DNA of 64,000 nt, the filler included, from Globobulimina sp. (taxonomy: Eukaryota): NCBI GenBank assembly GCA_003354225.1. It is 17 parts of 17 records of this genome, joined end to end, with 100 filler letters (N's around TTAATTAATTAA, not from the genome) between each part and the next. Parts side by side here need not be neighbours in the genome. Positions count along the whole stretch, not along the records: positions 34,004 to 37,677 come from PIVH01002280.1; positions 37,778 to 41,451 come from PIVH01002281.1; positions 41,552 to 45,225 come from PIVH01002282.1; positions 45,326 to 48,997 come from PIVH01002283.1; 13 more parts are not named here. The stretch is one strand, 5' to 3'. Position numbers and translations under genes: made by a program. How positions within the stretch are numbered: the stretch's first letter is position 1; each line of letters starts with the position of its first letter. The notes under the pieces are model-generated. The model was given only the letters and a program-made list of their open reading frames with translations, was not told the DNA's origin and did no database searches. Positions 35,633 through 46,900 of the stretch are shown one piece after another.

Positions 35633-35760
35633 ATTGCGTTGTTTCTGTTCTTTTCTAATATTGATATGTATAGAATCGTTTGTATTTGTTACAAAATGTA
35701 GTGTTTGTTGGTTTGTATTTTGTGTTCATAAAAAGTTTTTTACTGAACCTGTCAACAGTA

Positions 35761-36660
35761 ATGACACTGAATCTGGATAAAGTTGACATTGCAAGCAAAA
35801 CTGCACCGGTACAAACTGCAATAAGTAATGATTATTGCTTTGTAGTATCATATTGGTTTCGTAAACATTTACAATTACCAATAGAAAACATAGTGGATTT
35901 TATTGCAAAATGGCCAGAGTCAGCAAAAATATGTTTCATTGAAAATTTATGGAGAGGAGAAAGTGAGAGCCGATATGGTTTTTATTGGTCCCATTTTTAT
36001 AAAAGAAAGAATGCGATATTAAGCACCAATAAACATCATTGGAAACAGCTTCCTGTGCCATATTCACCAATATCAGCATATAAAAATGCATTTTATTTTC
36101 AACATATAAAAACTGAAACATTTCTTTGTTTTGCAGCTGATGGATCGCATAATATTTGTTTATATGACATTGACGGTGATAGTGAGAATAATGGTATTCC
36201 CATAAAAGTGGTTCTTTCAAACATTCGAAAAGTTGATGAAAAATTTGTTTATGAAAAAAATAAAATAAAATCAACATTTTATTTTAGAAATATGGATAAT
36301 TTGAAACATTTAGCATTCAGAGGGTTTAATTTGGGTTTTTATCCTGAAAATAATGTCAGGGATTTGACGCCGTGGCTATGTCATTATATCTATGATAAAA
36401 ATATCAGACAACAGAATAGAAGAAATATGGTATTAAAATGGTTGCAAAGTTTGGATGTTGATGATGAATATTTTGAAATATTTACTAAAAATGGATTTGA
36501 TCGAATGGAACTTATATTGGAAATGAATGAAGCTGAGTTGAAACAAATTGGTGTTCAAAAGGTTGGACATATAAAACTGTTAAAAGACGACATTGATAAA
36601 ATGAGAAAAGAAGCATACTCCCTTTATGTCAAACAAATGACTATGTCAAACAATAGGTGA
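35761..36660 (+). CDS. Protein with C-terminal SAM (sterile alpha motif) domain
   Basis: VLKWLQSL..EYFEIFTKNGFD.MELILEMNEAELKQIGVQKVGHIKLL. Confidence 0.8.
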   Translation: MTLNLDKVDIASKTAPVQTAISNDYCFVVSYWFRKHLQLPIENIVDFIAKWPESAKICFIENLWRGESESRYGFYWSHFYKRKNAILSTNKHHWKQLPVPYSPISAYKNAFYFQHIKTETFLCFAADGSHNICLYDIDGDSENNGIPIKVVLSNIRKVDEKFVYEKNKIKSTFYFRNMDNLKHLAFRGFNLGFYPENNVRDLTPWLCHYIYDKNIRQQNRRNMVLKWLQSLDVDDEYFEIFTKNGFDRMELILEMNEAELKQIGVQKVGHIKLLKDDIDKMRKEAYSLYVKQMTMSNNR

Positions 36661-36695
36661 TGTTGTATAATTTTGTAACTGTACATATAAATCCA

Positions 36696-37607
36696 TCATT
36701 TTATTTCAATAATATCATTATATTTCGCGAATGAAATCCATTCTAATTCATATTCCCTTGAATTCATAGCAACCGCCAATTTATAAACTTTCTCACAATT
36801 TAAATGATACGCAAATTGATTATCAAACAATAATTGGCATGTTGCCCCACCATAAACCGTATCAATCCATTGGAGTGTAACTGTAATAACACTCGAATGG
36901 GAAAAGCCAGAAACAAACTTTTCATAGTTACCATCAGTGACTTTATGTCCATCGCCACATAAACCCCAGCCATCTTTGTATGTACTAAACGCAGAACCCA
37001 TATTTGTCTGAATCCCCTTCGATTCAATCACGCCAATAATCACATTTTCTATCAAATCCTGCTCCCAATCTTTTTGTACTCTCTGCATACATTTTAACTT
37101 CCACTCAAACCGAACATCCCTTTTATTTTTATTTTCAACCTCTCTTTGTCCAAAACAATTTCTCCATAAATCCCTGGCTTGTTCAGTCCGGAAACATGTC
37201 GTCAATCCATTATCAATCACAAACTCATTGCAATTTGTAAATGTATCCCAGCCATCGTACTCAAAATCGCCTACAAATAATAAAATCAATCGAATTACAT
37301 CCTGGGGCACCAATTTGATGCTTGATAGTTGCCTCATATCTGAAATATGCATCATTCCCATAATTAATGTCTCCCCCTCCCGATTGTTCAGACCTTTTGT
37401 ATTGTAACGTTGCTGCATTTGTGCTGCATAAAAGGCCAACAATTCTTTATTTGTTTGCAGTTTTATTGGCGGCAATGTGTTGTTGTGTGCATTTTGTTGG
37501 TCCCATTCAAAAGATTTAATAATATCAGTCTGCGGAGTATAGGTTGCTCGCTGACAGAAAGCGCACAGATAATTGTATTTGGACATTGTATCTAATAAAC
37601 GATTCAT
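36696..37607 (-). CDS. SPRY-like domain protein
   Basis: FEWKLKC, VIIGVI, GWGLCGDG, SVITVTL and YKLAVAM. Confidence 0.6.
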   Translation of the reverse strand: MNRLLDTMSKYNYLCAFCQRATYTPQTDIIKSFEWDQQNAHNNTLPPIKLQTNKELLAFYAAQMQQRYNTKGLNNREGETLIMGMMHISDMRQLSSIKLVPQDVIRLILLFVGDFEYDGWDTFTNCNEFVIDNGLTTCFRTEQARDLWRNCFGQREVENKNKRDVRFEWKLKCMQRVQKDWEQDLIENVIIGVIESKGIQTNMGSAFSTYKDGWGLCGDGHKVTDGNYEKFVSGFSHSSVITVTLQWIDTVYGGATCQLLFDNQFAYHLNCEKVYKLAVAMNSREYELEWISFAKYNDIIEIK

Positions 37608-37777
37608 TGCGAAACAGTTTGTACATAACCAACATTATGAACATTGTAAGCCATTTAAGGTTGATTCGCGTATTGTTNNNNNNNNNNNNNNNNNNNNNNN
37701 NNNNNNNNNNNNNNNNNNNNNTTAATTAATTAANNNNNNNNNNNNNNNNNNNNNNNNNNNNNNNNNNNNNNNNNNNN

Positions 37778-39466
37778 CTGCAATGTGCCTGCGACAAAGG
37801 GAATCGTGGTGATTTTATTGATATTTTGTTGGCAAATATTTCCTCTGCCAATATTGCAAAATATGTCAATCATAAACAAGGTAAATGTACAGCCATTGCG
37901 TATTCTGCGCAAAAGGGGGAAAAAGTAGTTATTGATAAATTATTGCAGATACCAGGTATTGATGTATTTGGTGAAAATGAACAGAAAACAAGCTGTGCCA
38001 TATTAGAAGCAGTGAAAAAAGGTTATGTGTTGATTGCAGAACAAATATATGCAAAATTATCGGATAATGAGAAAAATTATAAATACGATTCCAAAATATT
38101 ATGGGAAACAGTGGTGTCAACCACATCCAAATCGGATTTAAAAGCATTGCAATTTGTAATTAATAAATTAATACGTAATTCCACGCAGATATTATTAAAT
38201 TGTGATGTTAAGAAAGGTTCTTTAATTACAATTGCCACAGAAAATAACAATTTGGATAAAGTTGAATTTATATGTTCTGTTATACCAAATGATAAAGTCG
38301 TGGATTTAATTAATTTCCAAACGGAAAAACATGAAAATGCGGTGATGGTTGCCATTGATAACTCAAATGTGAACATATTACAATATTTTACGACATTTGC
38401 TGGAGTTAATTATCAATTGACCGATACGAATGGAAATATACCATTTAGAAATGCTGCAACGCGGAAAAAATTTGACATTGCACAATTATTATTACTTCAA
38501 AATAAAACTGAAAATGATAAGTTACATACATTAAGACATGAAAATAAATCTGGACAAGCTTCGTTTATTTATTTATCTGATCCAAAAACAAAATTTGAAT
38601 TCGCAGATATTGTGTTAAAAAATGTTGATTTCAAAGCGGTTGACTTGGATGAATTAAATGATGAAGCAAAGTATGGTGAAAATGCAGTGAGTTGGGCCGC
38701 AAAGATTGGTGTCATGGATATTGTTGATGTTTTATTGCAGATTAAAGGTATTTGTGTGAGGCCGGATGCAATATTAAAAGCCATAGAAGTTGATCTTTAT
38801 TCAGTTGGTGAGTTGGCGATTGCTGATAAATTATATAATTATTTATGTAAAAATAAAAAAAGGTCATTTAAATATGACAATCAACGCTTGTTTGATATTA
38901 TAATCAAATTATGTTATTCCCGCGATAAAGACGCAAATAAATCAATTAAAATGTTAGAATTTGTGGTGAATGAATTGGTGGATAATAAGAAAGATTTAGC
39001 AGATATATTGTCAATGAAAGGAGATTCGAATAATTTACAATCTGAGAAAATATTATTAACTACAATGAGACATAAAAAAATTGAAGTTTGTAAATATATA
39101 ATGTCCATTATAGCAAGTAATAGGATCATGGATGAGATTAATTTTCAAGATGAATGGGGGAATAATATATTGGAATATGCTGCAAAGGATGGTTGTGTTG
39201 ATTTATTTAAACACATAATTCAAAATTATAAAAATGCAAACATGGCTGCCGTTAATTGTAACAGTGGGAATAGTACATTTCATATTGCTGCGAGATATGG
39301 ACATGTTGATATTTGTGAGTTAATATTATCGCAATGTATCGAGAATCAACAAAAATTATCATTAATCAATTTAAAAAATAAAAAAAATGAAACTGCAGTT
39401 ATGGTTGCAAAAAATAAAAGCGTTCAAGTGGAAATTCAAAAATGGAAAACTCAATTCGGTCTATGA
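37778..39466 (+). CDS. Ankyrin-repeat protein, 5' partial
   Basis: Repeated ankyrin motifs (GNNILEYAAKDG, GNSTFHIAARYGHVDICELIL, KNKKNETA). Confidence 0.9.
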   Translation: MQCACDKGNRGDFIDILLANISSANIAKYVNHKQGKCTAIAYSAQKGEKVVIDKLLQIPGIDVFGENEQKTSCAILEAVKKGYVLIAEQIYAKLSDNEKNYKYDSKILWETVVSTTSKSDLKALQFVINKLIRNSTQILLNCDVKKGSLITIATENNNLDKVEFICSVIPNDKVVDLINFQTEKHENAVMVAIDNSNVNILQYFTTFAGVNYQLTDTNGNIPFRNAATRKKFDIAQLLLLQNKTENDKLHTLRHENKSGQASFIYLSDPKTKFEFADIVLKNVDFKAVDLDELNDEAKYGENAVSWAAKIGVMDIVDVLLQIKGICVRPDAILKAIEVDLYSVGELAIADKLYNYLCKNKKRSFKYDNQRLFDIIIKLCYSRDKDANKSIKMLEFVVNELVDNKKDLADILSMKGDSNNLQSEKILLTTMRHKKIEVCKYIMSIIASNRIMDEINFQDEWGNNILEYAAKDGCVDLFKHIIQNYKNANMAAVNCNSGNSTFHIAARYGHVDICELILSQCIENQQKLSLINLKNKKNETAVMVAKNKSVQVEIQKWKTQFGL

Positions 39467-39781
39467 TTTTTTGTTTTGTACAGCTTTGTAATTTAATAAT
39501 TTTAGAAACCGTTTGATGCTGAAAAAGACGTATATATATACTCAAAAAGTATAAATAACAGTTTGTGTGATAAACTATTAACTTTTGGCACGGTGCTGTT
39601 ATAAATGTCAACATATGGTGATCACGTACCAACTCATGAACACTACTGTAGTAACTGCACCAAATTGTATATCACAATGCGCCACAATCCGTGAACACAG
39701 TTGGTGATCACCATATTGTAATATTTATACAATATCCCATAAAACAGTGTTAACATGGATCTTTTTACTTATACGTTATAA

Positions 39782-39995
39782 TTAACTTTTTTGGCTTAGT
39801 TTCGTTTCGTTTCATTTCAACGATTAGCAAAGTTTTTGGGTTGGCTAAAGTGGTTTTCAACCTAGTATTCGAAGTTGACCTAGTATTCGATGACCTAGGA
39901 CAACTTCTAATGCTAGGTTCAAAACCACTCTAGCTAACCAAAAACTTTTCTAATCGTTGAACTGAAACGAAACGAAACTAAGCCAAAAAAGTTAA
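39782..39995. mobile_element. Fold-back MITE flanked by TTAA (piggyBac-like target site)
   Basis: ~100-bp arms, TTAA-CTTTTTTGGCTTAGTTTCGTTTCGTTTCA ... TGAAACGAAACGAAACTAAGCCAAAAAAG-TTAA, with few mismatches and a short loop. Confidence 0.85.
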
Positions 39996-40242
39996 TTGGC
40001 GATCACCATATTGTGTTCTCAAAATAGTTGTAACAACATCGTGTAGAATTATTGGATTGCTCGTATACACCTATCAATCACTGTAGACACCACTACAATC
40101 ACTGCGGTCACAACTAGTGAGCTGAGTTTCATTGTAGTGATCGGACTTTATTTCATAATTCTTCTTTAAATGCTTATAATTAAAAGATATATAATCACGA
40201 AACAATTCTATCTGTATAAAATGAATCCATAGCCAAATTGTT

Positions 40243-41327
40243 TTATATAAAATGAGTTCCTCCCACATTCTCCCCACGGTCAAATTCAATGACCATACCA
40301 TGGCCATTTCCCATCACAGCATCTCCACTGACCGCAAATGCTATGGCTACCTCCAAAGCTGTCGTTGTGGACAAAGGACAATAAACATTAACTCCACTAT
40401 CTGGACTTGAGCTCTTTACAGTTCCTGGAAATTGCAACATTGCGGTCATTCCATGATAAAATTTGTCAATGTTACCTTTATCTAATTCAATTCCAAATTT
40501 ATGCAGCGATATTTTCAAATGCTTGCCCAAATGATAAAATTCCGTGTGATCTGCACCACGTTTCTCTCGATACGTTTTACTAAATTGATATTTCAGATTT
40601 GTGTATATAATTACAATAGATCATCAATGATAATATATGTTGGATAGCGATCCTCCATTTTGCTACGATAGGCCCAGACATCCAAAACTCGCCATAATCA
40701 CATTTGTCTTTTTCCAGATATCCTTCATATTGGTCCCAAGCAATTATGTTTTCTTTACAATGTGAAGTATTTAAATGCATTGCAGCTTTTTGGTATTCGT
40801 TATTAAATTGTTCCAGTGTTAAAATAGAAAGTCTGTTGTTTGTTAATTCGTGTTTTAATGAGCTGTATTTTTGTCTGACTGCAATATCTTTGTTACCATC
40901 GTCATTCTCCTCCACATAACTATGTTGACCATATTCTCCATCGTATCCATAATTGAATCCATAGCCAAAATGAAACAATTTCCCATCATCCTCCATTGAT
41001 AATAGTTGTGTGCTTTTATAATGACCTCTGTTTTTTGCAATTGAATTGTCAATAATTCTCCCGTATACATTTTGTTTATTTGATATTATTTGCTTTATCC
41101 GCACTATTCTGCTGTTTATAAAATTCATGCCAAGACACTCAACTTCTTCTAATTTGGAGTCTTCATTGTTTATCATTTGCCTTTCATTCATTGTTAACTG
41201 ATATCCCATGTCATAGGAATGCATAAAAAAACAATGAATTTTGTCCAAGATTTGGAGCTTTACACTAAACTTTGCCTCAATACTTTTACTTGGACGAGTT
41301 CGGTCGCGATGGGTTCTTCTAAATCCA
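40243..41327 (-). pseudogene. ADP-ribosyltransferase-fold-like family member 2, disrupted
   Basis: HILSLMIYCN, FYHGMT and CPLSTT are present. There is a 4-nt frameshift near 40600, the WxS..ExE segment is missing, and the 5' end is cut by the (TAAG)n insertion at 41328. Confidence 0.75.
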
Positions 41328-41360
<33 letters not shown>

Positions 41361-41451
41361 AGGGAGGTCATCAGGTCGTCGTCATCAGCTTGTTTGGGAG
41401 AGCAAGTATGTGTGGATCTCATGGACATTATAGGTCAATGTTTCGTGGTTC
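41328..41451 (-). mobile_element. Probable 3' end of a retroelement (non-LTR or SINE-like) with a (TAAG)8 tail
   Basis: The microsatellite at 41328-41360 sits exactly where the ART-like reading frame breaks and is attached to higher-GC unrelated sequence. Confidence 0.55.
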
Positions 41452-41551
41452 NNNNNNNNNNNNNNNNNNNNNNNNNNNNNNNNNNNNNNNNNNNNTTAAT
41501 TAATTAANNNNNNNNNNNNNNNNNNNNNNNNNNNNNNNNNNNNNNNNNNNN

Positions 41552-42882
41552 ATTTCGATTTAATTTACCATTTTGGAGTAAAATATAATTATTATAATAA
41601 ATCGGATCAGTTTTATGTTTGTGCTAAATATAAATCATTAAAGAATGAATTACTAAATGGCTTAATGACAAAATCTCAGTTTCAAGTATTGTATCTAAGA
41701 GCAGATAATATGAAAAATAAGCAACACTCAAAAATATACAAAGCAGAATATAATGAGTATGGCATTGCATATTTATCATCAATTAAATTACAGCATTTGT
41801 TGAGTTTAATGATATATTGCAATCATCAAAATATTGGTAAATTGGTGCGGAAAACCTACGTAAAAACTGATACCAAAGAAACAAATAAAGAAATGTGTAA
41901 AATGCACTCAAAATATGCAAATTTAGGGAAAAACCTATTTGAAATCGTGCAACTTTATGGAAATAAAACAAAGAGAGGGGATATATTTTACCATTCCATC
42001 AATGAACCAATGACATTTTTTGCATCAAAAATATGTATTTCATGTCCCTTATCAACAACAAATAAAATCGAGGTAATATTAAGTTATAAAACAAATAAAA
42101 AAGGAATGATGATTGAATTAAAAGATGAAAATACTTATTTCGAAATGAAATATTTTCACTGTGACTGGCTATCTGATTTTGGTGGAGAAAAAGAATTATT
42201 TTTCAATGGGAATCAACAATTGATTCACAACTTTGTATATAACAAAATCGTTGATATAAATTCTGGCACAGATTATTCAAAATATTTACAATCCATTTCT
42301 GTGATAAATCGTATATTTTGCGCACAAATCTATCAACATATACATGAGTTAAATCCGTTTGTAATATCGATGATACTCAACTTATTCAGAAACGAATTGA
42401 ATGAAAACATTGTAACAGATATTAATATTCCACAGTACATCAAACATTTGATGCATTCATATATTTGTTGTATTAGAATAATTCGGATTAATTGGTATCA
42501 TATCATCAAATATTATAATTTTATTAAACCTTTGTTGTGTTTCAATCAATTTATAAATTTTAATGTTTTATTCAAACTATTTCAAAATGCAACAAATATT
42601 TTGATTGATGGAGGAGGAACGTTGATATTAAATGGAATTATTATGGATTATATACATTCTTTTTTGCAATGTGCAGATAGAAAAAAACGTAATTTGAAAT
42701 GTATCGAAATTAAGCACACAAATAAATCATCATTATCGTTTTTTTTATTGTTGTCATTGTATGAACAAAAGTTCTCCAACATACATTGTCGAATTAATAT
42801 AAATAAAAAAACTGATGAGGCAGATGAGTCATTCATCATTCAATGTATTCCATTTCACCCTGCTTTTGGCACAGAATATTAA
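41552..42882 (+). CDS. ADP-ribosyltransferase-fold-like family member 3, 5' partial
   Basis: KYKSLKNEL, HLLSLMIYCN, FYHSIN, CPLSTT and DWLSDFGGEKELFF. The frame is open from the contig start. Confidence 0.65.
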
Positions 42883-43200
42883 CTCATTTTATGACTTGTT
42901 TTAGAAACGTATTTATATGACTTTGTGTTTTTTAGTGAGGATATTATATTATTTATATATACCATATATTTTGTGTTATCATCATAATTTTTGTTGATTT
43001 AGTTTTGGGAGCGATTTTAAATAGTACAGCAATAACAAGTACGTATAACAAATTGATCACTTGATCTAGCGCTTGTATGTAAACACTGTTTGTCGATTTA
43101 TTTTTGTTTGAATGACTAGAAAAACAACCAAAATGCATAATAATATACATTATAAATAAAAAACAAATGTAGCACAATCTTGATAAAGTACAAAAGGCAT

Positions 43201-45225
43201 TTATTTCTTTACCCTTTTCTTTTTATCATAACCAGATTTACTCGACCTTTTACTCCATAATCTCTTTTTATCCGCAACAAACGAACTCGGTATATCAACA
43301 GTACCCGACGACGATCGAGATTTATGTTTACTTGGTGGCGGACTGCAACTGCTGCTGATCTTAAATGTTTTGGAATTTAATACTTTTGGTCTATTCGTCT
43401 GCTTTTTTAAATCATCACTTTTATGTTTGCCTGTTTTCCGTTTAGTTTTATTAAACAGACCATCGGATTTCCGACGTTTATTTTTGGATTCGGGCGCATT
43501 TATTTTTAATAATTTACTTGGTTTATCCGGCTTATCCTTCTCCTTTTGTGGCGGTGCATGTATCTGTAACAATTTACTTTGTTTCCCTGCGGCAGCCGCC
43601 TTTTCCTGCTCTCGTTTCTCCACTTTTTCCTGATGTAATCTTTTTTTTTCTTGCTGCGCTTCAATAACAGCCACTTGCGCCATATGTTCAGCTTCATATT
43701 TTTTACGCTTCTCCTCTTCCACAGACAATAATGGTTTTTGCTTCATATTTTCTGGCAAAACATCCATCGTTAAAAATAACTTACTGCCAAACTGTTCATC
43801 CCATTTAAAATAATGTTGTATTGCAGTGGGATCACACGAAGCGCGTACATTTAACAATGAATTTTCAAAATGCGTAAACGCTATTTTTGGAATATCCGAC
43901 TTCTTCGCAGTGAGTAATATCGCACCAGTCATAGAACGCAATGGTCCCATCGCCGCATCGCTGCATAACATTGCGATATCAGAACAGGAATAATTGTCGC
44001 ATTTGTCCGCTAATTTTCGGAAGCCTGACTCTGACAAATCATGTCTATGCTTGCTCATTAATAGTCTTATCAAACTATATCGAGCGACAGCATCCGGATT
44101 TGGAACCATTATCCGTTTGGGGAACCGCCGCAATACGGCGTTATCCAGCTGTTCCGGCAAATTTGTGGCACCAATCACTGTAATGGTTTTATCTTTAGAT
44201 TCCGCGGATTTTACACCGTCAAATTGGATCAGAAACTCCGTCTTTATTTTGCGTGATGATTCTGCCTCATTGGCACCACCACGCGCTCGCAATAAGGAGT
44301 CTATTTCGTCGATGAAAATGATGGCCGGCGCTCGTTGTCGAGCCATGGTAAATAATGTACGCATTATTCTTTCTGCTTCACCCACGAATTTCGATGTGAT
44401 GGATGATGCAGAAATGCTGAAAAACGTCGCATCGCACTCACTCGCAACTGTGTCAGTGTGCATGTTATATATGTCACCGTCACGTGCTATATATGTAAAA
44501 CAAACCGCATTTTGCAATCATAGTCTTTCCATTGCCCGGCGGACCAAATAATAATAAGCCTTGCGTGCTTTTCTTGACTGACTCAAACAAATCCGGTCGA
44601 ATATAGGGCAATATTATGGTCTCATACAGTGCTAATTTAACATTGGCCAAACCCACCACATCACCAAATGAGACGTCTGGGTCCGCGGTCATAACATCGC
44701 CCTCTATCCGACTACGCAGCTCCTTATCATGCTTAGATATCTTCGAATCTTTCTTCTTATCATCGCCGCCATCGTCAGAGCCAGAGTCGTTTTTATTTTT
44801 GCCCGAATTCTCAAAGCCGGGATACTTGGACCAATCTTCATCTTTGCCTTTCTTGCCTTTCTTTTTCTTTTTTCTGCGGTGCTCTTTCTTTGCTTTTGCC
44901 AATGCTTTATCCCCGCCCAGACGGCCACTATTTACATCATCAGAATCATCCGAATCAGGCCTTATCCCCGTACTGGGATCGTAGTTTGGGTCAATTTCAT
45001 TTTCTGCAATCTTTTTATCCATATCCTCACGGGTCACCTGTACGTGTTTACTTTTATTATTTCAACCAATTAAAAATATACCCATTTTTTTTATGATAAT
45101 AATAAAAAAAATAGTGCAATATATTTTTTTCAACCGATCAAAAATATGGGTATTTTTTATAATATTTGCTATAAAACAGCACCTTCCAATTATCCTCGCG
45201 TTTGACGACTTGCGCTTTTGCATCG
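43201..45225 (-). CDS. Spastin/fidgetin-type AAA ATPase, 5' partial; introns 44448-44505 and ~45038-45183
   Basis: GLLLFGPPGNGKTMIAK, ISASSITSKFVGE, IFIDEIDSLL, SRKIKTEFLIQFDG, GATNLP and RRFPKRI. Confidence 0.93.
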
Positions 45226-45524
45226 NNNNNNNNNNNNNNNNNNNNNNNNNNNNNNNNNNNNNNNNNNNNTTAATTAATTAANNNNNNNNNNNNNNNNNNN
45301 NNNNNNNNNNNNNNNNNNNNNNNNNCCATTCTAAAATACAAACTTTTGACTTTTTCAAAACATGATAGCTAAAAATGCAATTAAGTTATTTGTACAACAC
45401 CCATAACAACAGAATCATGACATTGTGAATGTTTTTTTCCATCGCCTGATGTTTAAGCAATCAGCAGAGTTGTTTTGAAGCCTAAGCTTTTCTGATTTTA
45501 TATTTATTTTCACCTCTCAGTTTA

Positions 45525-46595
45525 ATGCGTTCACCAAATTTAAATGAACTTGAATTTGTAACCCGTGAAGGAAATATGACAGAAAATATGGATCCTTCAG
45601 GCCACAAAACTATTGTGGAACGTTTGATAAATACAAAAAGACACAATGATGCGTACATATATATCATCAACAATATAGACGCAATGCAAAATGGCAGTTT
45701 ACAAAACGAAATGTGGATTAAAATCGGTCATTATAAATTCAATAACAATAAATATGAACAAGCATTAAAAATGTATAATAATATGATGAATTATGATAAA
45801 TATACAGATATTATATATTTAAACATGGCTTATTGTTATCAGCACTTAAATAAAGCACAAGAATCACTGACATATTATTACAAACATTTGCATCTTAATT
45901 CTGATGATGAATATTGCATGAATAACATTGCTGTGTTGGAGTATTACTCCAATCAAAATTATACAAAATCTTTGAAAATGTATCACAAAATGAATAGAAA
46001 CTATATCATAGAGAATAAATTATATTTTAATATCGCTGTCTGTTATTTTCATGCAGAACAGTTTGAAAATGCATTGTTTTATTTTGATAAACATTTAAAT
46101 TCAGAAACAGTAAAAAACAGAAACGATTGCTTAATATCAATGGCATTGATTTATAGTAATAAGTTGAATGATTATTGCAAAGCATTGGAAATGTTTCATA
46201 AATTGGATAATGTGGTTATATTTGGCAGGAATTTAGAACTTGAGATCGCATATAATTATCAACAAACGAAGCAGTATAAGCAAGCATTAAAATATTTCAT
46301 TTTATATTTAAAAAAGAATCCAAATGATGTGAACACTTTGCATCATATTTCTCGGATATATATACAAAAAATGAATGATTTTGATGCAGCCAAACCGTTT
46401 TTAATTAAAATATTACATTTAAATAAGACACATTTTTATGCAAATTATGCATATGGTATTTATTTACGTGACACTGTAAAAAATTATAATTTGTCTATAA
46501 AATGTTTGCAGATTGCATATAATGCAAAACCTGGTCATTCGGAAATTTTGAATGATATTATTAAAACAAACAATTTATTATTGAAAAATGCCTAA
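45525..46595 (+). CDS. TPR-repeat protein
   Basis: Repeated TPR helices (YLNMAYCYQ, YFNIAVCYF, IAYNYQQTKQYKQALKYF). Confidence 0.85.
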   Translation: MRSPNLNELEFVTREGNMTENMDPSGHKTIVERLINTKRHNDAYIYIINNIDAMQNGSLQNEMWIKIGHYKFNNNKYEQALKMYNNMMNYDKYTDIIYLNMAYCYQHLNKAQESLTYYYKHLHLNSDDEYCMNNIAVLEYYSNQNYTKSLKMYHKMNRNYIIENKLYFNIAVCYFHAEQFENALFYFDKHLNSETVKNRNDCLISMALIYSNKLNDYCKALEMFHKLDNVVIFGRNLELEIAYNYQQTKQYKQALKYFILYLKKNPNDVNTLHHISRIYIQKMNDFDAAKPFLIKILHLNKTHFYANYAYGIYLRDTVKNYNLSIKCLQIAYNAKPGHSEILNDIIKTNNLLLKNA

Positions 46596-46900
46596 TTAAT
46601 GTACGTTATTGCTTATGTAGTTTTATTTATATATTTATCTATATTTTATTTTTATATCTTTATCTCTATAATTTTAATTTAGAAAGCAATGTAATTAATT
46701 GTTGTTATTCGCAATAAAAAGAACGATAATAATATAATTATGTTTTATGTATTAACTATAGTCTAAATATAATTTTGTTAAACTCCTCTCGATCTCTTAC
46801 GCGTTTTTGTTCATTTTTTTTCCAATTTGCCAGGCGTAAAAAGAGTTTTATTTAAATAAAAAAATAAATAGTTTTATGTCAATTTATATTATAAATAGCT

